A DNA stretch of 64,000 nt from an uncultured Verrucomicrobiae bacterium (GTDB lineage Bacteria > Verrucomicrobiota > Verrucomicrobiia > Chthoniobacterales > JAFAMB01): positions 864,001 through 928,000 of the forward strand of contig CAVXLD010000001.1 in NCBI GenBank assembly GCA_963762565.1, read 5' to 3'. The first letter of the stretch is position 1, and each line of letters opens with the position of its first letter. Of the stretch, positions 59,735 to 64,000 are shown in pieces. The notes under the pieces were generated by a model. The model had not been told where the DNA came from, did no database searches, and was given only the letters and a program-made list of their open reading frames with translations. A program made the translations under genes and the position numbers.

Positions 59735-60442
59735 TTACAAAACAGAGGCGTCGAGTCCCATCTCCCGCAGCACGCTCACAAAATAGCTACATTGACTTTC
59801 CGTATAATACTTATGCGCGTTCAGGCTGTACTGGGTGGCGTCTTTGACCAAGCCCTTTTTCAACCAGACTGCAGCCCGGGCATAGTAATACGCTGGAGTC
59901 TTGCCGGGGAAATCCATCTCATCAATCAGAGCCATCGCCTTAGCCGTCTGATTAGCTAGAACATAATCAAGCGCCATCCTGAACTGAAGGATTTCGGACT
60001 TAGGATCGACCTGACCTAGATCCTCCAAAACTGAACGGGCTTGGTCGTAGCTGCCCTGCAACATCAAGGTGTCCGCCAGATTGAATTTCGCTGTGTAGAA
60101 CTTCGGGTTCTCGGTTAGAGCACGATTAAATTGGGAAATCGCCTCCTGGTAATCTTTCTTTTTGCTAGCGACAATTCCCAGGAGATTAGCGGTTTCCGGG
60201 TTATCTGGATCCAGTTTCTCTGCCTGCTGGGCGTCGTTGGACGCATCATCAATTTTTCCGTCTTTCAGGTCACGCGCGGCTTTGTTTAGGACAGAGTCAT
60301 AGCTCTTCTTGGCCTCATTCTTATTTTCAGCGTAGCAAAACGAGGTACCAAGCAAAATCGCGATCAGGCCCAGGGTAGGGAGGGCGCGCGTCCCCGCGCG
60401 CCGTAATTGGCGATGTAGGGCCGAAGAACGTAACTTCACCAT
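59735..60442 (-). CDS. Tetratricopeptide repeat protein
   Basis: TPR units (LDPDNPETANLLG, ALTENPKFYTAKFNLA); signal-like segment. Confidence 0.8.
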   Translation of the reverse strand: MVKLRSSALHRQLRRAGTRALPTLGLIAILLGTSFCYAENKNEAKKSYDSVLNKAARDLKDGKIDDASNDAQQAEKLDPDNPETANLLGIVASKKKDYQEAISQFNRALTENPKFYTAKFNLADTLMLQGSYDQARSVLEDLGQVDPKSEILQFRMALDYVLANQTAKAMALIDEMDFPGKTPAYYYARAAVWLKKGLVKDATQYSLNAHKYYTESQCSYFVSVLREMGLDASVL

Positions 60443-60531
60443 TCGGCTTGGAATATCCTCGGCTTCTAAGACAGATCGCGTGGACGCGATCCCTCCCTTT
60501 TTTATCACATCCGTCGCACACAGATACATCT

Positions 60532-61545
60532 TCATACTTCACGTCCAATTGCTTGCGCTACCCCTCGAATTCTGCCGACCAAGTCCTCGAACTCGTTAGG
60601 GAGAAGACATTGTTCACCGTCGCTCTTGGCGAGTTCGGGCGCATTGTGCACCTCAATCATGATAGAATCTGCGCCAGCGGCAACTGCAGCTAAGGCCATT
60701 GCCGGAACAAATTGGCGGACACCGATTCCATGCGTTGGATCAACCACAACGGGTAAATGCGTTTCCGCTTTCAGGACCGGCACCGCATTCAGATCAAGCG
60801 TATTGCGGGTCATGGTCTCGAATGTCCGGATACCGCGTTCGCAAAGCAGGACATTAAAGTTCCCTTCGCTGAGGATATACTCGGCGCTCATCAAAAGATC
60901 TTTAATTGAAGCCGCCATCCCGCGCTTCAACATCACTGGTAGCCTGGTTCTGCCCACCTCACGTAGCAGCGAGAAGTTTTGCATGTTTCGGGCGCCAACC
61001 TGCAGGCAATCAGCGTATTCAGAAACCAGATCCAGATCTTTCGTGTCCATCACCTCTGTGATGATAGGTAATCCCGTTTCCTTGCGCGCTTCAGCCAAGA
61101 GCTGAAGGCCGGCCTTTCCCAAGCCTTGGAAACTGTATGGCGACGTTCGCGGTTTAAAGGCGCCTCCTCGAAGAATCTTGGCGCCGGCTTTGCCAATCGC
61201 TTGAGCAATCGCGATGATCTGATCCTCATTCTCCACCGAGCAGGGTCCCGCCATCAGCACCACCTCTTTTCCACCCACGACGACATCCCCTACTTTTATT
61301 TTAGAGGGCATGCCTCGGAACTCGTACGAAACGAGCTTGTATGGCTTTAGTACGGGCGTCACTGACTCGACGCCGGGAAACGCGCCCAGCGGCTTTTCCC
61401 GGATTTTATCCTCGGGGCCGATAACACCGATCACCACGCGCATTTCGCCGCGGCTGACTTCGGCTCTTAAACCCCAGTCATGGATTCTAGATACGATATG
61501 CTCGATCTGATCTTCGGTAGCATCGGGACGAGTGATAATTATCAT
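60532..61545 (-). CDS. aroF: DAHP synthase, type I-beta with N-terminal regulatory domain
   Basis: [43 protein letters not shown]; start ATG 61545. Confidence 0.95.
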   Translation of the reverse strand: MIIITRPDATEDQIEHIVSRIHDWGLRAEVSRGEMRVVIGVIGPEDKIREKPLGAFPGVESVTPVLKPYKLVSYEFRGMPSKIKVGDVVVGGKEVVLMAGPCSVENEDQIIAIAQAIGKAGAKILRGGAFKPRTSPYSFQGLGKAGLQLLAEARKETGLPIITEVMDTKDLDLVSEYADCLQVGARNMQNFSLLREVGRTRLPVMLKRGMAASIKDLLMSAEYILSEGNFNVLLCERGIRTFETMTRNTLDLNAVPVLKAETHLPVVVDPTHGIGVRQFVPAMALAAVAAGADSIMIEVHNAPELAKSDGEQCLLPNEFEDLVGRIRGVAQAIGREV

Positions 61546-61685
61546 TGCGAGGGCTTCGGCAGTCTGCGGCGGATTTACTAGTTCGCAACCCTTTTGGCTG
61601 TTACCCCAGGAAAGAGCGGAGCCGATTTTAGTGTCGGGTGCGAGAGGGTTTGAGAGAAAAGTCGCCATGGCGGGAAGTTGAGTTC

Positions 61686-61731
61686 CAGCTTCTGAGAGGT
61701 TGCGTAGGTACTAATCGCAGCTCAGAAGCTG
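61686..61731 (-). promoter_or_regulatory. Leader hairpin overlapping the leader peptide stop codon
   Basis: CAGCUUCUGAG ... CUCAGAAGCUG, an 11-bp perfect stem; no U-tract follows. Confidence 0.7.
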
Positions 61732-61820
61732 TTTGAGCCCCACCAAAAATAAAAGAAATAGACAGAGGACAACCCAGCGCTAGGCCTTGCAGAAAGGGTT
61801 CGGGTTGAACTCGTATTCAC
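61722..61820 (-). CDS. Aromatic amino-acid leader peptide MNTSSTRTLSARPSAGLSSVYFFYFWWGSNSF
   Basis: GGAGG SD 6 nt before GTG 61820; seven consecutive Tyr/Phe/Trp codons; directly upstream of DAHP synthase. Confidence 0.85.
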   Translation of the reverse strand: MNTSSTRTLSARPSAGLSSVYFFYFWWGSNSF

Positions 61821-61870
61821 GGTGGTCCTCCAGGAATACCGTAATGATCGGCCTTTGCCAAATGAAAAAA

Positions 61871-62385
61871 AACAGGAGCTAGGAGCTAGAATCTAGGAGT
61901 TAGGAGGCGTTCTGCGGCCTGAATCGTTCTCGTCCTCGAAAAGGTTGCACGTTAACAAGGCGTTTTTGTTCCCAACTCCCGGAGGGGAGCCGCTTTGGCG
62001 CGTAGCCCACGATCTCGCGATGTTTCTTTCAGCGCTCAATCCAACCACGAAATGGCGCAACAGGCGGCTCCCGTGAATAACCCAGCGCGATGATTTACCC
62101 GTGGTTCCGATTCGTTTAGACCGGGCCTCAGGGCTGCGAACCGCTGGGTCGTTCCCGGGAGCCGCCTGTTTTTGCACGTTTCGGCCGGATTAATGTTGAG
62201 ACGAATTTCGCGAGGGCGGACAGATTAACGCCAAAGCGGCTCCCGTCCAGGGCGCTGGGTAATGGCGCGGTGCACTAACTGCCACCGCCCATCGAGGACG
62301 AGAACGAGGACGATTTCAATAGAGCCGCGACGCCCCTCCTAGCTCCTAGATTCTAGCTTCTAGCTTCTAGCTTCTAGCTCCTGTT
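61871..62385. repeat. Three-layer nested element: heptamer IR, TCGTCCTCG IR, family A doublet (61979-62251)
   Basis: aacaggagctaggagctagaatctagg / cctagattctagcttctag...ctcctgtt enclosing tcgttctcgtcctcga / tcgaggacgagaacga. Confidence 0.88.
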
Positions 62386-62386
62386 G

Positions 62387-63460
62387 TCACACCCCCAACA
62401 AATCCCTTTGCCAATCCATCAGCACCTTCGTCGCGGATTCCGGCTCGCGGGCCACGGCCTCGAGGATACCTCTCGATGCAACAATAGCTGGATCCAGACT
62501 CAATTCGTTGGAAACCGCATCGCGTTTTGCTCGCAGTCGATCAAGACGCTGTTCTTGTTCCGGGGAAGAACGCAGACGAACGGATTTGGCTCGCTGAGGC
62601 CAACCTGATTCCGGGACTTCCAAGGCGCGCGCGATCGTCTCTTCCAAGCGACGGCGCCTGGAGTGCGGCAACCAAGCCGGCGCTCTCAGCTTATCGCCGG
62701 ATACCGCGTTTTTGGCGAGCTCGATCAATTCCTCGTTCCGCATAATCTGAAAGGTTGGACGATCCACCTTCTGCGCTTCGCTATCGCGCCAGAACCAGAG
62801 CTCACGCAATACCGCCAATCCTCTGGGAGAAAGCGCTGCACTGCCCGAAATCTTCCATACTCGCTCCGGGTCCCGTTCCCGGTCTTCGGCCGTAGCCGCG
62901 ATCGCGCGGTTGCAGGTCTCCTCATACCAAGACCAACGATTGATTTCTCGCAACTGAGCTTCTAGGCGTTCGGCCAGGGGAAGCAGGTATTTTGTGTCGT
63001 TGATCGCGTAGTCGAGCATTACCGGCGTCAAAGGCCTGCGCGCCCAATTTGCCTTTTGCGAAGATTTTGGCAGATCCAGACCAAAAAAACTTTTAACTAG
63101 CGACGCCAACCCAACTTCTTTGATCCCAAGCAATCTCGCCGCCAGATAAGTGTCAAATACTGCGCCCGGCACAAAGCCGGCTCCGCGCCGGAGCATTCGC
63201 AGATCGTAATCGCAGCCATGAAACAGTCCCATGCGCTCCGACAAGAATTGATTGAAGCGTTTAAAATCGATGCCGCTGAGTGGATCGACGATTAAATCCT
63301 GATCGGGAACCGAAAGCTGGATCAGGCAAAGCTTTTCGAAGTAACAATGTAAACTGTCGCCTTCAGTATCAACCGCGATCCGATCGGAAGAACCCTGAGC
63401 ATCACACCATGCATTGAGTTCGTCAGTGCTGGCTAGAATGAAAACCTCTTTTGGGACCAT
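62387..63460 (-). CDS. rnd: Ribonuclease D (DEDD exonuclease plus HRDC)
   Basis: AVDTEGDS, LCLIQ, FDTYLAA, W.RRPL...ML.YA.ND. Confidence 0.9.
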   Translation of the reverse strand: MVPKEVFILASTDELNAWCDAQGSSDRIAVDTEGDSLHCYFEKLCLIQLSVPDQDLIVDPLSGIDFKRFNQFLSERMGLFHGCDYDLRMLRRGAGFVPGAVFDTYLAARLLGIKEVGLASLVKSFFGLDLPKSSQKANWARRPLTPVMLDYAINDTKYLLPLAERLEAQLREINRWSWYEETCNRAIAATAEDRERDPERVWKISGSAALSPRGLAVLRELWFWRDSEAQKVDRPTFQIMRNEELIELAKNAVSGDKLRAPAWLPHSRRRRLEETIARALEVPESGWPQRAKSVRLRSSPEQEQRLDRLRAKRDAVSNELSLDPAIVASRGILEAVAREPESATKVLMDWQRDLLGV

Positions 63461-63493
63461 CAGTGTCCTGTCCCACAAATAACACGGCTTTCG

Positions 63494-64000
63494 CTAGCGG
63501 AGCGCGGATAGAAGCAGTTCTGCATTTGTCTTCGTGCCTTTAACAGTGTTGAGCAGGACTTCCATCGCCTCGATGGCCGGAAGTTGGGCCAGCTTTTTCC
63601 GAAGGATCGTGATCCGGGCGAACTCGTCCGGGTGATAAAGAAGATCATCCCGCCGGGTGCCAGACTTCAGAATATGAATTGCCGGAAAGATCCTTTTTTC
63701 GAGCAAGGTGCGGTCCAAGTGGAGCTCCATGTTCCCGGTGCCCTTGAACTCCTCGAATATGACTTCATCCATCCGGCTTTCGGTTTCAATCAGTGCTGTC
63801 GCCAGAATAGTGAGGCTACCGCCTTCTTCACAATTACGAGCAGAGCCAAAGAATCGTTTCGGCTTCAATAAAGCCTTGGACTCGACACCGCCGGACATAA
63901 TGCGGCCGCGCCCCGGCTGAAGCGAATTATACCCACGAGCCAGCCTAGTGATGCTATCCAGCAAAATCACGACGTCTTTGCGAAGCTCAACCAGACGCTT
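63494..64000 (-). CDS. rho: Transcription termination factor Rho, C-terminal part (runs off the window)
   Basis: [43 protein letters not shown]. Confidence 0.96.
   Translation of the reverse strand, partial: KRLVELRKDVVILLDSITRLARGYNSLQPGRGRIMSGGVESKALLKPKRFFGSARNCEEGGSLTILATALIETESRMDEVIFEEFKGTGNMELHLDRTLLEKRIFPAIHILKSGTRRDDLLYHPDEFARITILRKKLAQLPAIEAMEVLLNTVKGTKTNAELLLSALR

Noticed and set aside
1..64000. Prophage, integron, IS or defence island
   Set aside because: No integrase, transposase, phage structural or recognisable defence genes apart from hicAB; no tRNA seen.

Overview
A gene-dense chromosomal window. The gene content and intergenic repeat types suggest a soil Verrucomicrobia (Spartobacteria/Chthoniobacterales-like) bacterium; this is an inference, as no rRNA or tRNA was seen. 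The left third is a carbohydrate uptake region: a LamB/ScrY-like porin, an OprB porin, three AraC regulators, a GH127 glycosidase, a Gfo/Idh/MocA oxidoreductase and a sugar ABC transporter. The rest is housekeeping and accessory genes (can, nfeD-slipin, hicAB, yifB, fabI, nth, aroF, rnd, partial rho), with six disrupted genes. No transposase, integrase, cas gene or CRISPR array was found. The most interesting signals are non-coding. (1) A 32-aa leader peptide with the run YFFYFWW, too short for the supplied ORF track, precedes DAHP synthase; it is followed by a hairpin and a C-rich tract, a candidate attenuator sensing all three aromatic amino acids. (2) A ~90-nt G-loop hairpin plus terminator module occurs twice, once as the porin 3'UTR and once as an orphan candidate sRNA; its loop is complementary to the 5'UTR of the sugar-binding protein gene. 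(3) A 44-aa uORF or structured leader lies before OprB. (4) Many REP-like and 7-9-mer inverted-repeat elements fill the intergenic spaces, with conserved boxes, variable internal arms and nesting inside one another.
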